A stretch of DNA of 63,965 nucleotides, the filler included, from Chiloscyllium plagiosum (Eukaryota): assembly GCF_004010195.1 (NCBI RefSeq). It is 4 parts of 2 records of this genome, joined end to end, with 100 filler letters (N's around TTAATTAATTAA, not from the genome) between each part and the next. Parts side by side here need not be neighbours in the genome. Positions count along the whole stretch, not along the records: positions 30,380 to 57,658 come from NC_057714.1; 3 more parts are not named here. One strand, 5' to 3'. Positions 35,391 to 48,273 of the stretch are shown one piece after another. Positions within the stretch are counted from its first letter, which is position 1. Each line of letters starts with the position of its first letter. The notes beneath the pieces were generated by a model. It searched no databases. It was not told where the DNA came from and saw only the letters and a program-made list of their open reading frames with translations. The position numbers and the translations under genes are program-made.

Positions 35391-36115
35391 TGGAGATAGT
35401 CTGACCTGAGGGTGACCATGCCGAAGGTGACATTGAGCCTGAGGTGAGAGGGTCAGCTCAGCTGGTCAGGAATTGAGTATGTGCTGTTGGCATCAGTCTG
35501 CATGCAAGCAGCCAGCCATCCATGTGAGCTATCTGACCTTTGACTTCCTGCAGGTCCCATGCTGGTGGTTACAGAAATGCCTGTGGCTATCTAACAATGG
35601 TTCTACATTCTGCAATACATCCGTGTGCAGTTCCTTGACTATGAGTGCCATGGTCCGGACTGCAGTCCTTCAAGGTATTAGCAGAACCAGCAGGGTCTCC
35701 AATGTTGGGAGCAGCACACACTCCAAATTCACTGGTGGATCAACCCAGAATGATACTGGAAGCAGCAGTGATAATCTGATATTAACTTTGTGGACATTAT
35801 TGTTGCATCTTAGAAAGTACACAGGATGTTCAAACACATTGAGATACAGCTCTTCATGACGAGGGGAGGACTTTGGAAGGGTAGACCATTTGGCCCAACA
35901 AACCTACTCAATTAAACATACACTAAAGTACAGAATGTAAGCACTTAATAACCTGCATAACTATAGGGGGGGTTTCGCAATTCCCTAAATCTGTACAACA
36001 CCAAGGAAGGGTAGGTTTCAACTCTCTCTGGGAAATAAATGTTGATCACAGATTGCATGTAACTCTAATTGGGATTTAACGTAATGAAATGTAATTCCAT
36101 TTTCTCTTATTGCAG

Positions 36116-36154
36116 CTGCACCTCCGCTCAAAAATGTGTGTCCGCCTGCAGAAG
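36116..36154 (+). CDS. Microexon C1 (39 nt, phase 1-1): (A)APPLKNVCPPAE
   Basis: cattttctcttattgcAG...AG|GTAAGT. Confidence 0.75.
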
Positions 36155-36397
36155 GTAAGTCAAAAGAGAAACCATTTTAAATTCCACATCATCCTTATGC
36201 TGTCTGGAGCAGTGCATTAGAGCGAGAGTGTCATGATGGGGGAGGGATGAGTTTTTTCGCCTGGGCAGCAATGAGATCCTTGCATTAGTTGGGTTTCAAA
36301 CTCTCTAACACGGCAATAGTAACATCCTCCATGAACTCAGCAGGTTCTGGGCATTCACTGGGAATCTGGCTCAGAATTGCTCCCATTGCTGCAAGAT

Positions 36398-36658
36398 TTA
36401 TAGCTTTAAATTAAGGGGGGGTAGATATAGGACTGAAGTTAGGGGTAGGTTCTTCACTCAGCGAGTCGTAAGTTCATGGAATGCCCTGCCAGTAGCAGTG
36501 GTGGACTCTCCCTCTTTATGGGCATTTAAGCGGGCATTGGATAGGTATATGGAGGATAGTGGGTTAGTATAGGTTAGGTGGGCTTGGATCGGCGCAACAT
36601 CGAGGGCCAAAGGGCCTGTACTGCGCTGTATTCTTCTATGTTCTATGTTCTATGTTCT
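36398..36658 (+). mobile_element. Young CR1 3' end with (ttctatg)n tail, unit 1 only
   Basis: Flanked by duplicated aagatt; units 2 and 3 have the empty site ctgcaagattctgaaaccct. Confidence 0.85.
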
Positions 36659-37138
36659 AAGATTCTGAAACCCTCCTCCCTGTACCAGGCCTCATGTTAC
36701 ACAGTGACTCTCCCTGTCTTTCCATTTCTCCTCGCTGCACTGCTTGGCAATGGCTGTGAGTTCCATAGAATCTCCTACAATGTGGGACATGGGCATTGCT
36801 GGATGGCCAGCAATTATTGCCCCTTCCCTAGCTGCCCTTGAACTGAGTGACTTGCTCAGCAACTTCAGAGGGCAGTTAAGAATCAACACACTGCTGTGGG
36901 TCTGGAGTCACATGTAGAATTAGAATTAGCTGTAATGTCACATGTACTCACATGTGAAAAGTTTGCAATTTGCCACTTACAGCACCATCTTAATACAAAA
37001 GTAACCCAGTAACAATTCCTAAATACAAATCCTGAGGAAAAAATTGGAAAATGAAAGCAAATAAAATGCCCAGCATTATAGACATATGCGCCATTTTCGG
37101 TACAAATGTATAAAGTCATAGGAATAAATAAAGTCATA

Positions 37139-37402
37139 GGGCAGCATGGTGGCACAGTGGTGAGCACTGCTGTCTCACAGCGCCAGAGACCTGGGTTCAA
37201 TTCCCGCCTCAGGGACTGACTGTGTGGAGTTTGCACGTTGATGTGCAGGTCAGGTGAATTGGCCATGCTAAATTGCCCGTAGTGTCAGGTAAGGGGTAAA
37301 TGTAGGGGTATGACTGGGTTGCGCTTCGGCGGGTCGGTGTGGACTTGTTGGGTCGAAGGGCCTGTTTCCACACTGTAATCTAATCTAATCTAATCTAATC
37401 TA
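37139..37402 (+). mobile_element. HE1-like SINE with an internal deletion
   Basis: tRNA-like head and (TAATC)5 tail. Confidence 0.85.
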
Positions 37403-38826
37403 AAAAAAAATTAGAAAAATAAAGAAAGAAAAAGCTCAGAATAAAAGTCTTTCCAACACAGACTATGCTGGACTTATGTCCAGTCCGCATGGGCCCACGA
37501 TCTCGAGGCTGGGCATGCTAGGAGTCTGCTTTCGGTTTACCTGAAGGCCTGGGGTGCATGCTGAGGCTGGGGTCTGCCATAACTGCACTTGACGCTTAAG
37601 GATGGGAGTCCTCCCTGAAATAGGGAGTCTGGGCTGAGGCCGGGAGTCTGCGCTGAGGCCGGGAGTCATTAATGCCTTCACATGAGGCTCAATGATGGAA
37701 TGTAAGAAGAAAAAATGAAGAAAAAGACATGAGTTGAGGAAAAGAAAGAAAAGAAACAGAAACAGTTGTGGCTGAGAAACCCTACACTATCACCATGTTG
37801 GAGTATCGGGGAATGGGGTGAAATGGCCAGTCTAGTGGTGGATGGCAGATTTCCTTCCCTGAAGGGCATTAATGAACCCTGAAGGGCATTAATGATTTTT
37901 CCTGACAATCAGCAACAGTTTCATGGTCATCAGCAGATTCTTAATTCCAGATTATTTTTTTAATCCACCATCTTTTCACCAGCAAATTCCAACATCTGCC
38001 ATAACCAGATGTGAATCCAGGTCCCAGGGACATTTAGCTGAGTTTCTGCATTCATAATCCGGCAATAGTACCGAAACTATCATACATCCATAATGGCCTC
38101 TGCCAAAAAACAGAAATTGCTGGAAAGGTTCAGCCGGTCTGGCAACATCTGCGGAGAGAAATCAGAGTTAATGTTTCGAGGCGACTGACCCGTCCTCAGA
38201 ACTCCTCGTACCCTTCCAATGCTGTACCCTCATCAATCATTTTTATCACTTCCCAAAAACCTCGAGCTAATTTGTGAGGCAAGACCTCCCCTGTATAAGG
38301 TCACACTGACTACTCGTCATCAGTCTATTCTTAATGGATAATGTGACGGGGCCTATCATTGTCACCAAGCCTTTGGCAACCATGTTGTTTGAATTCTTTC
38401 CAGCTGTTTATTCTGACATCCAGAATTTCTGAGGATGACGGGAGCTGGACTCTGTGTGGAATGTCTTTACTGAGCCTTGAGCCATGTGGAAGTTGTTTCC
38501 TTTTTTACTCTATTGCAATTGTTCAGAATTTTTAACAACTCAAGCTACAAAATCTCTACTAAACCTTCTCCAGACTGTGTAGTCACTCCATTTACCTGAA
38601 TGCTTTCCGGCCTATGACGTTTACAGTAAATCTCCCCCTCATCTCCTCAACGACCTTGAATTTTTCCAAAAATATCACCCTAGAATGGGACCCAAGTCTC
38701 CAGCTCAGCCTGAGACAGTGTTTTCTAAAATGCAGTGTAACTTCCTTCTTTGTGTACTCTGTTCGTGAAATCAGTGATTCCAGATTTTTTTTAACAGTCT
38801 TTGCAACCTGTGCAGATATGCTTCCA

Positions 38827-38957
38827 GGTAAAAACAATGACTGCAGATGCTGGAAACCAGATTCTGGATTAGTGGTGCTGGAAGAGCACAGCAGGTCAGG
38901 CAGCATCCGAGGAGCAGTAAAATCGACGTTTCGGGCAAAAGCCCTTCATCAGGAATA
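38827..38957 (-). mobile_element. PLE terminus with hammerhead motif and 13-bp TSD
   Basis: agatatgcttcca at 38814-38826 and 38958-38970; minus strand attc-CTGATGA-a-gggc(tttt)gccc-GAA-ACGT-C-gatt. Confidence 0.8.
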
Positions 38958-39078
38958 AGATATGCTTCCAATCACTTTATAATTCCTGGCATCCCGTTAA
39001 ATTTCTACCTTTAGTTTATGTTGCTTTTCATCTTTTCTCCCGACTGAAATATATGACTTTGTCTGTATTAAATTTCAG

Positions 39079-39120
39079 AGGTGGCCGATGCACCTTGTCC
39101 TGCTCCAGCGAGGCGTAGAG
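39079..39120 (+). CDS. Microexon A2 (42 nt): (E)VADAPCPAPARRR
   Basis: ttaaatttcAG...GTGAGT. Confidence 0.7.
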
Positions 39121-40806
39121 GTGAGTCAGTGCAAAAATATCTAGCCTGGTACATGGATGGGCTGTCTGTGGGAGTACCTGGGCAGCAGAGGGTCATGTTT
39201 GCATAAAACAAGTTTTACAAAGATGATGAAAAACCTCGAGTAGCAAATAGGTGGCTGATTTTACAATCTGTCTGATTTTGGTTCCTGAAGGCTGAGCCCC
39301 ATTGAGAGACCCTGATTTATGTTAACAGCTACCTTACCACAGTCCAGGAGTCAACCCGGGACCGTATTGTTCTGTATGGCTCAGTACTACACTTAGCCCA
39401 TCAGAACCTTCAGCAAATATAATCCTTCAAGAGTTTAGGGTGTGACTAGTGACCGGTCACTCGTTCAAAATTCCATTCCAAGTAAAGAAATAGTATGAAT
39501 AAATCAATTCACACTACACATCTATTTGGAGAATTGCGCGTTACAAGCATACACTTTCTAAGCTACCCATCACATTTTAATCTTGGAAATAAAAAGCAGC
39601 AAAAGGTGCCATTGTTACCGAACCAATGGTTTGCTCTCTGAATGAACAGAGAAACAAATGGTTGATTAACCTGAAGGTCACAGATTTGCCTCAGGCAAAA
39701 TGAGTTGTTGAGAAAGAGAGTTCTTTATGGTAACCTCAGGCAGTGCAGGAATTGAACCCATTCTGTTAATTTATACTCTATCCATCTATTCAACTGAACT
39801 AACCAACCCCTATTTGCTTGTATGTGACCGATTGATTAAATAAAGCACAATTTGGATAACTGCCAGGTATTGCATTTTAGTAACACAAACAAGGACAGGA
39901 GTTATACAGTTCACGGTACAGCATTGGGTAGTATTGTGAACAGGGAGCCTTTAGGGTTTAAGTACATAACTGTTTGAAATTTATGTCACATTTGACAGGG
40001 TAGTAAAGAGGTATTTAGCATGCTTGCCTTTATTACTCAGACCTTTGTGTATGAGATAGTACATTATATTGAGCAAATAGAGGCTGTTGGTGAGGCCTCT
40101 TCTGGAGTATTGTGTAGAGTACTGGTTGTCCTAATAAAGGAAGGATATTTTAAATTGGAGAGGGATCAGATGAGATTTACCCAGATGTTGCTGGAAATGG
40201 AAGATGTGAGTTATAAAGATAGGCTGGATAGTTTAGGATCTTTTTCACTGGAGCAAATGAGATTGAGGGGTGAACTTATGTATGTTTCCAAAATCATGAT
40301 GGGCAGAGATAAGGTGAATAGCAAAGGTCTTTTCTCTAGGGTGTGAGTGTTCAAAACTAGGGGGCATATTTTTAAGGTGAGAGGAGAAAGACTTGAAAAG
40401 GACATGGAGCAGCATTTTTACACAGAGACTGGTTTGTTTGTGGAATGAACTGCCAGAAAAAATGATGGTTGTAGGCACAGTTAGAACATTTAAAAGACCT
40501 TCAGCTAGGAACATGAATAGGAATGCTTTGGAGGGTTAGGGACCAAATACAGGTGAGTAGGACCAGTTTGATTTGGGAACATGGTCAGCGTGAACTAGTT
40601 GCACCGATAGGTCTGTTATCGTGCGGCATGAGTCTATGACTCTATGACAAGTTAAATGCAGTTACTGTACAGTTAGCAGATTCACCTCTATTCTCTTTAA
40701 TAAAAATTAAGAGTTAAAAATGAACGACAAACATTTTGCAACAAATCAATTCAAAAATCTGCATTTCCTTGATAAAGCAATAAATTGCAAGGATACTGAT
40801 CACCAT

Positions 40807-41070
40807 GGGTGGTACAGTGGTTAGCACTGCTGTCTCATAGCACCGGGTTTGATTCAGGCTTTGGGCGACTGTCTGTATGGAGTTTGCATGTTCTCCCCGT
40901 GTCTGTGGGCTTCCTCCCACAATCCAAAGATGTGTAGGTTAGGTGAATTGGCCATGCAAAATTGCCCGTAGTGGTCAGAGTAAATAAAGGGGAATTGGTC
41001 TGGGTAGGTTACTCTTCAGAGGGTTGGTGTGGCCTGAAGAGCCTGCTTCCACACAGTTGGGACTCCATGA
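40807..41070 (+). mobile_element. HE1-like SINE, unit 2 only
   Basis: ggtacagtggttagcactgctg head and V-domain. Confidence 0.75.
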
Positions 41071-42189
41071 ATTTATTTTTCAGTGAATAATTTTTAGAAA
41101 ACAATCTGTTTTGCTTTTTAAATATTTGAAAATGTTTCATTCCTCCTTGGGCCTCAGGGCTGGGCCAGCGTTTATTGCCCATCCCTCGTTGCCCGAGAGA
41201 AGGTGGTGGGGAGCTGCCTTCTTGAACTGCTGTGGTCCACATGCTGTAGGTAGAAGCACTGTGTCTTCAGGGAGGGGCATTCCAGGGTTTTGACCCAGCG
41301 ACAGTGAAGGGATGGTGATATATTTCCAGGTCAGCATGGTGAGTGGTTGGATGGGAAATTGCAAGAGGTGATGTTTCTCTGTAACTGCTGCCATTGTCCT
41401 TCTAGATGGAAGAGCTTGTGTGTTTGTACGGTGTTGTCTGGTGATCTTTGGTGAATTAATGCACATTGATGCATTTCGTCAGACTGTTTGATTCTAAAGG
41501 TTTTCTTCCCCTCAGTATTACTTTCAAGCCAGCAAGGCCAATCTAAAATCCTTTCTCACTCATACTCAGTGCCTACACTGTACCCCAAGTGATGACCATC
41601 AACATTGCACCCAATGGGTATTTTATTTTTATCTGCTCCAGAACCTCACATAAAATATTAAACTAATGCCCACTGCCTCCACAGGAGCTCGAGTTTCAAT
41701 CCCTAAAGTATTTGCAATCCTTTTGCCTTTCTTCGCTTGTGAAAGTGGAAGACAATGGGCAGAACGAGTGTCCAATGAGCGAGTAAAAGAAATCAAAGAA
41801 TTTAAACACAGGAGAGGATGGGTGGTGGGTGAGGGGAGAGAGGAGGTTGGGATAATGTCAACTAAACATTTGACCTGCTGAGCTGGGAGGAGAGGTTTGG
41901 TCATGATGGGCCAAATGGCCTTCTGCTGTACTGTAACAATTCTGTGCACCTGCAGCTACCAATCTCTGATAATCTACATGACCAACAGCATTGGGAGTCT
42001 GAGCATTTCACTGAACAATGTGATGATACTGAGTGAGGGTTTGAGTCCCTGTGACCAGAGGAGGTTAGTGGAGTGGACTGTTGAGGGAGACTAAGTGCCC
42101 AATTCACTGGAAGTAAATTCTCTCTGTTTCGATGTTCATTGCACTTATGTTAGTTATTTTAAATTGAATTTTATGTTTCACTACAACAG

Positions 42190-42225
42190 AACGAATACCA
42201 TCAGACTGGAGCCATCTGGGGGCAG
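42190..42225 (+). CDS. Microexon B2 (36 nt): (E)RIPSDWSHLGA
   Basis: tttcactacaacAG...AG|GTAAGT. Confidence 0.7.
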
Positions 42226-43602
42226 GTAAGTGAATACAAAAGTAGTCTCTAACTCCACACTGATCCTCAGGCTGTCTGTGTCAGTGCATTAGTCCCAGAG
42301 TATCATGTCGGGAGATCACAGGGATAAAGTTGATGTTGTTGGAGAAAGTGAGGATTTCTCCATGCTGGAGATCAGAGTCAAAAACTGCGCTGCTGGAAAA
42401 GCACAGCCGATCAGGCAGTATCCGAGGAGCAGGGAGGATGATGTTTCAAGCTCAAAATATTGATTATTCTGCATTTCGGATGCTACCTGACCGGCTGTGC
42501 TTTTCCAGCACCACAGTTTTTGACCAAATTGATGTTCTATGTGACTGATAAGCCTCTCATAACCAGTCAGCATCTAGTTGTAATCTCTGCATCATTTTGT
42601 CCAATTCTAACATAGGAATACTGCCATTATTGGCTAACTCAGTACAATCTGCACATTAACTCAGGATCTGGACCAGATGTGGTCCCACTGTTCCACGATT
42701 CTGAAGGCCTCCTTCCCACACCAACACTGAACCTCCTTCTCTCTCTATTTCTCGTCTCTCTAGTATGTGACACTGGGAATAATCCAGATGTTGTTATTTT
42801 CGAGATCCCATGTTTTAATTCCCTTCCTAGTTTCACAAAGTCTAATTGTGGTACTTGCGTTTTGCCCTCTCCGTGTCCTGGATACCAACATGCACCACAG
42901 CCTCTGTATCACTCTCTTCCTCATCCCCAGAACAAAGAAAGTTGCCACTGACCCATCAGAGAGAGAGAGAGAGAGAGAGAAGTGGAGATGTGTCTGACCT
43001 GAGAGGCACCATCCCTCAGGTGACATTGAGCCTGAGGTGAAAGGGTCAGCTCAGCTGGTCAAGGAATTGAGCCCATGCAGTCTGCATTGCAAAGCAGCGG
43101 CCATCCACATTCAGTTCTTTGTCTATGAGTGGCATGGTCCGGACTGCATTCCTTCAAGGTATTAGCAGAACCAGCAGGGTCTCCCGTGCAGGGGGCAGCA
43201 CACACTCCAAATTCACTGGTGAATCAACCCAGAATCATACATGGAAGCAGCAGTGATAATCTGATATTAACCTTGTGGAGAATATTTTTGTGTCTTCGAA
43301 AGTACACAGGATGTTCAAACACATTGAGATACAGCTCTTCATGACGAGGGGAGGACTTTGGAAGGGTAGACCATTTGGCCAAAACAAACCTACTCAATTA
43401 AACGTACACTAAAGTACAGAATGTAAGCACTTAATAACCTGCATAACTATAGGGGGGGGTTTCGCAATTCCCTAAATCTGTACAACACCAAGGAAGGGTA
43501 GGTTTCAACTCTCTCTGGGAAATAAATGTTGATCACAGATTGCATGTAACTCTAATTGGGATTTAACGTAATGAAATGTAATTCCATTTTCTCTTATTGC
43601 AG

Positions 43603-43641
43603 CTGCACCTCCGCTCAAAAATGTGTGTCCGCCTGCAGAAG
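43603..43641 (+). CDS. Microexon C2 (39 nt): (A)APPLKNVCPPAE
   Basis: Identical to C1, including the splice sites. Confidence 0.75.
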
Positions 43642-45013
43642 GTAAGTCAAAAGAGAAACCATTTTAAATTCCACATCATCCTTGTGCTGTCTGGAGCAGT
43701 GCATTAGAGCGAGAGTGTCATGATGGGGGAGGGATGAGTTTTTTTGCCTGGGCAGGAATGAGATACTTGCATTAGCTGGGTTTCAAACTCTCTAACACGG
43801 CAATAGTAACATCCTCCATTAACTCAGCAGGTTCTGGGCATTCACTGGGAATCTGGCTCAGAATTGCTCCCATTGCTGCAAGATTCTGAAACCCTGCTCC
43901 CTGTACCAGGCCTCATGTTACAGAGTGATTCTCTTTGTCTTTCCATTTCTCCTCGCTGCACTGCCTGGCAATGGGAGTAATATTCGTGTGTTCCATAGAA
44001 TCTCCCATAGGGTGGGACATGGGCATTGCTGGATGGTCAGCAGTTAGCGCCCCAATCTTACGCTGCCCTTGAACTGAGTGGCTTGCTCGGCAACTTCAGA
44101 GGGCAATTAAGAGTCAACACACTGCTGTGGGTCTGGAGTCACATGTAGAATTAGAATTAGCTGTAGCGTCACATGTACTCACATGAGTACAGTGAAAGGT
44201 TTACATGTCGCCATTTTAGGTACAAATGTAGCGAGGTACTGATCTTAAGTACAAAACATTCGGAAAAAAATTAGAAAATTAGGGAAATACAAAGTCTAGC
44301 ATTACAAACCTTTGTACCATTTTAGGTTCAAACTTACAAAATCCCAGGAATAAGTTTGAAAGTAAAGGAATAATGCATTCAGGATAAATGCCTTTCTTAG
44401 CATGTAATAATGAGGGGCCCTTCACTGTCACCAAGTCTTAGGCAGCTACAATATGGGAATTGTTTAGAGCTGTTTGTGCTGAAATTCAGAATTTTTGAGG
44501 ATGATGGGAGCTGGACACAGTGTGGAATGTCTTTACTGAGTCTTCAACCGTGCAAAATAGTTGTTTCCATCTTTACTCGAACAAAGTTGTTTAAAACTTT
44601 TAAGAAAACCACATATGAAACCTCTACCAAACCTTCTCTGTCTTAAGAACATCCCATCCCAGACTGTGTAGTCACTCCACCTCCCTGAATTCTTTCCGAC
44701 CGATGACATTTATAGTAAATCTCCTCAACAACCTTGAAATCTTCCAAAAGTATCATCCTTGAATGGGGCCCAAGTCTCCAGCTCAGCCTGAGACAGTGTT
44801 TCCTAAAATTCAGTGTAAATTCCTTCTTTGCGTACTCTATTCATGAAATCAGTGACTCCAGATTTTTTAAAGTCTTCAACAACATGTACAGAAATACTTC
44901 ATGTCACTTCTTTTTAATTCCTTGCATCCCATTAAATTTCTACGTTTAGTTAATTTTGCTTTTCATCTTTTCTCCCGACTGAAATAAATGACTTTGTCTG
45001 TATTAAATTTCAG

Positions 45014-45055
45014 AGATGGCCGATGCACCTTGTCCTGCTCCTGGGAGGCGCAGAG
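45014..45055 (+). CDS. Microexon A3 (42 nt): (E)MADAPCPAPGRRR
   Basis: ttaaatttcAG...GTGAGT. Confidence 0.7.
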
Positions 45056-46571
45056 GTGAGTCAGTACAAACATATCTAGCCTGGGACATGACATGGGCTG
45101 TCTGTGGGAGTTCCTGGGCAGTAAAGTGTTATGTTTGCATAAAACATGTTTCACAAAAATCGTGAAAAACCTCGGGTAGCAAATAGGCGGCTGATTTTAA
45201 AATCTGTCTGATTTTAGTTCCTGAAGGCTGAGCTCCATTGAGAGAGCCCAGTGTATATTAAGAACTAACTTAGCACAGTTCAGGAATTAACCTGGAACAT
45301 GTTATTCTGTATGGCTCAGTATCACACATGGCCCATCACAGCCTTCAGTAAATCTAATCCTTCAAGAGTTTTGGCCGTCACTAGTGACTGGTCAGTTGTT
45401 CAAAATTCCATTCTAAGGTGAAGGATAAAATGCCAATAAACTGTCACACACAACACATTTATTTGGAGAATTGCCCATTACAAGTATACACTTCATTACC
45501 TAACATTTTATTCTAATATCATCTTGGAAGTAAAAAAACAGCAAATGCTGCCATTGTCTTACCGAACCAATGGGATGATCTCTGAATGGAGAGAGAACCT
45601 GATGGTTGCTTAACCTGATGGTCACAAAGGTACCTCGGGTGAAGGGAGAAGATGAGAAAGAGAGTTATTCATGGTAGCCTCAGGCAGTGCAGCAATTGAA
45701 GCCGTACTGTTGGTGTTACTCTGTATTGCAAACCAGTTATCCATTCAATTGAACTAACCAGCCCCTATCTGCATGTATGTGACCATGTGATTAAGTAAAA
45801 CACAATTTGGATAAATGCCAGGTATTGCGCTTCAGTAATACAAACGAGGGCAGGAGTTATACAATCAATGTTAGAGCTCTGGGTAGTGTTGTAGAACAGA
45901 AAGACCTCAGGGTTCAAGTATATAATTCTTTGAAATTTGCATCCCATGTAGCCAGGATGGTTAAGAGGCATTTAGCACATTTGCCTTCGTTGCTCAGACC
46001 TTTGAATATACGAGTTGGGATGTCATGTTGAGGTTATATAAGATGTTTTGGAGTACTGTGTGGAGTCTGGTCATCCTGCTACAGGAAAGATATTATTAAA
46101 TTGGAGAGGGTTCAGAAGAGATTTACCAAATGTTACTGGAAATGAAACGGTCTGAGTTACAAAGATAGGTTGGATAAGCTTGGATTTGTTTCACTGGAGA
46201 ATGAGGGTAGATCTTACAGAGGCTTACAAAATCATGAGGGGCATAGATGAGGTGAATAGCAAGAGGATGGGGAGTTCAAAATAAGGGGGTATATATTAAA
46301 GGTGAGAGGAGAAAGATTTAAAAAGGACATGGGGTAATTTTTTTACACAGAGAATGGTTGGTTTGTGGAATGAACTGCCAGAGGAAGTGGTTGATGCAAG
46401 TACAGTTAGAACGTTTAATAGACATTTGGATAAGTGTATCAAAAGGCAAGGTTTGGAGTGTTAGGGAGCTAATGCAGGCAGGTGGGACTAGTTTGATTTG
46501 GGAACATGGTCAGGGTGGACATCTGTTACCGAGCTGCATTATCTATGACAAGTTACACAGTTATCACACAG

Positions 46572-46780
46572 GAGAAAGTGAGGTCTGCAGATGCTGGAGA
46601 TCAGAGATGGAAATGTGTTGCTGGAAAAGCGCAGCAGGTCAGGCAGCATCTAGGGAACAGGAGAATCGACGTTTCGGGCATTAGCCCTTCTTCAGGAAGG
46701 GCTAATGCCCGAAACGTCGATTCTCCTGTTCCCTAGATGCTGCCTGACCTGCTGCGCTTTTCCAGCAACACATTTCCATA
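46572..46780. mobile_element. Perfect fold-back PLE terminus with 15-bp TSD
   Basis: acagttatcacacag at 46557-46571 and 46781-46795; inverted arms of about 84 bp around a ttcag loop. Confidence 0.85.
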
Positions 46781-47803
46781 ACAGTTATCACACAGCCAGC
46801 AGATTTACTTATTTTCTCTTTAAATAAAAAGAATGAATGAATGACAAACCTTTTGTAACAAATCAATTCAAAAATCCATATTTTCTTGACAAAGCAATAC
46901 ATTGCAAGACACCATCTCAAGGACACTGATCAATTTATTTATAGGTGAATAATTTTAGCAAAACTTTTTAAAAAAAAAGTCTTATTCACTTATGGATATC
47001 TTTGGCTGGGCCAGCATTTATTGCAGTTCCCTAATTTCCCCTTGAGAAGGTGATGTTGAACTACCTTCTTGAACCTCTACTGTCCACCTGCTGTAGGTAG
47101 AACCACAGTGTCCTTAGGGAGGGAATTCCAGGACTTTGATTCGGTGACAGTGAAGGAAAGGTGATATATTTCCAAGTCAGGATGGTGAATGGCTTGGAGG
47201 AAAACATTCAGGTGGCCTTTTTCCTTGTGAATGGAAGTGGTTGTCAGTTCGGTAGGTGCAGTCTAGGGATCTGAATTTCTGTTTGTTGTTGCATTTGATT
47301 AAACTCTTTTATTTTTAAAGGTTTCCTTCTCCTCAGTATTACTTTCAAGCCAGCAAGGCCAATCTAAAATCCTTTCTCAGTCATAGTCAGAGTCTACCCT
47401 CTACCCCACAGTGATATCAACAGCATTGCACCCACTTTATTTTTAGCTGTTGCATCTCTTAAAATGTTTAAAAAACCCATATCTACTGAAACAAGAACTA
47501 ATTTTTCAATCTCTAAAGTATTAGCCCATCCTTTCATTTTTTTGTTTCCCAAAGTGGAAGACACCCGGCAGAATGAGTGTCCCATGAGCAAATTAAAGAA
47601 AATGGAAAGAAATTAAACAAAGCAGAGGATGAGCAGCGGGTGAGGGGAGAGAGGAGGGTGGGATCATGTTGACTGAACATTTGACCTGCTGAGCTGAGAG
47701 GGGAGGTATAGTCACAACGGGCTGAATGTTCACCTACCATATTTGAACAATTCTGTGAACCTGCGGCTACCAATCCCTGATAATCCACAGGACCAGCAGT
47801 ATT

Positions 47804-48100
47804 GATTAGATTCCATACAGTGTGGAAACAGGCCCTTCGGCCCAACCAGTCCACACTGGCCCTCCAAAGAGTAGCCCACCCAGACCCATTTCCCTCTGAC
47901 TAATCCACCAGCACTACGGGCAATTTAGCATGACTTCCACATCTTTGGATTGTGGGAAGAAACTGGAGCGCGTGGAGGAAACCCACGCAGACACTGGGAG
48001 AATGTGTAAACTCCACACAGACAGTCGCCTGAGGCTGGCATTGAACCTGGGTCCCTGGTGCTGTGAGGCTGCAGTGCTAACTACTGAGCCACTGTGCTGA
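47804..48100 (-). mobile_element. HE1-like SINE, unit 3 only
   Basis: Reverse complement of the SINE head, V-domain and tail. Confidence 0.85.
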
Positions 48101-48237
48101 CCCTGTGGGAAGTGATCAACTCACTGGGAGCAAGTGACCAATTCAATGGGAAGTGAATTCTCTCCCACCGTTTCTATGTTGATAGCACTTCCGTTAGATA
48201 TCTTAATTTGAATTTAATTTTTGTTTTACTACAACAG

Positions 48238-48273
48238 AACGAATACCATCAGACTGGAGCCATCTGGGGGCAG
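48238..48273 (+). CDS. Microexon B3 (36 nt): (E)RIPSDWSHLGA
   Basis: ttttactacaacAG...AG|GTAAGT; identical to B2. Confidence 0.7.

Noticed and set aside
35814..35880. Extra exon in the conserved block upstream of exon C
   Set aside because: In-frame TGA in phase 1; the acceptor is lost in unit 2 and the donor is lost in unit 3.
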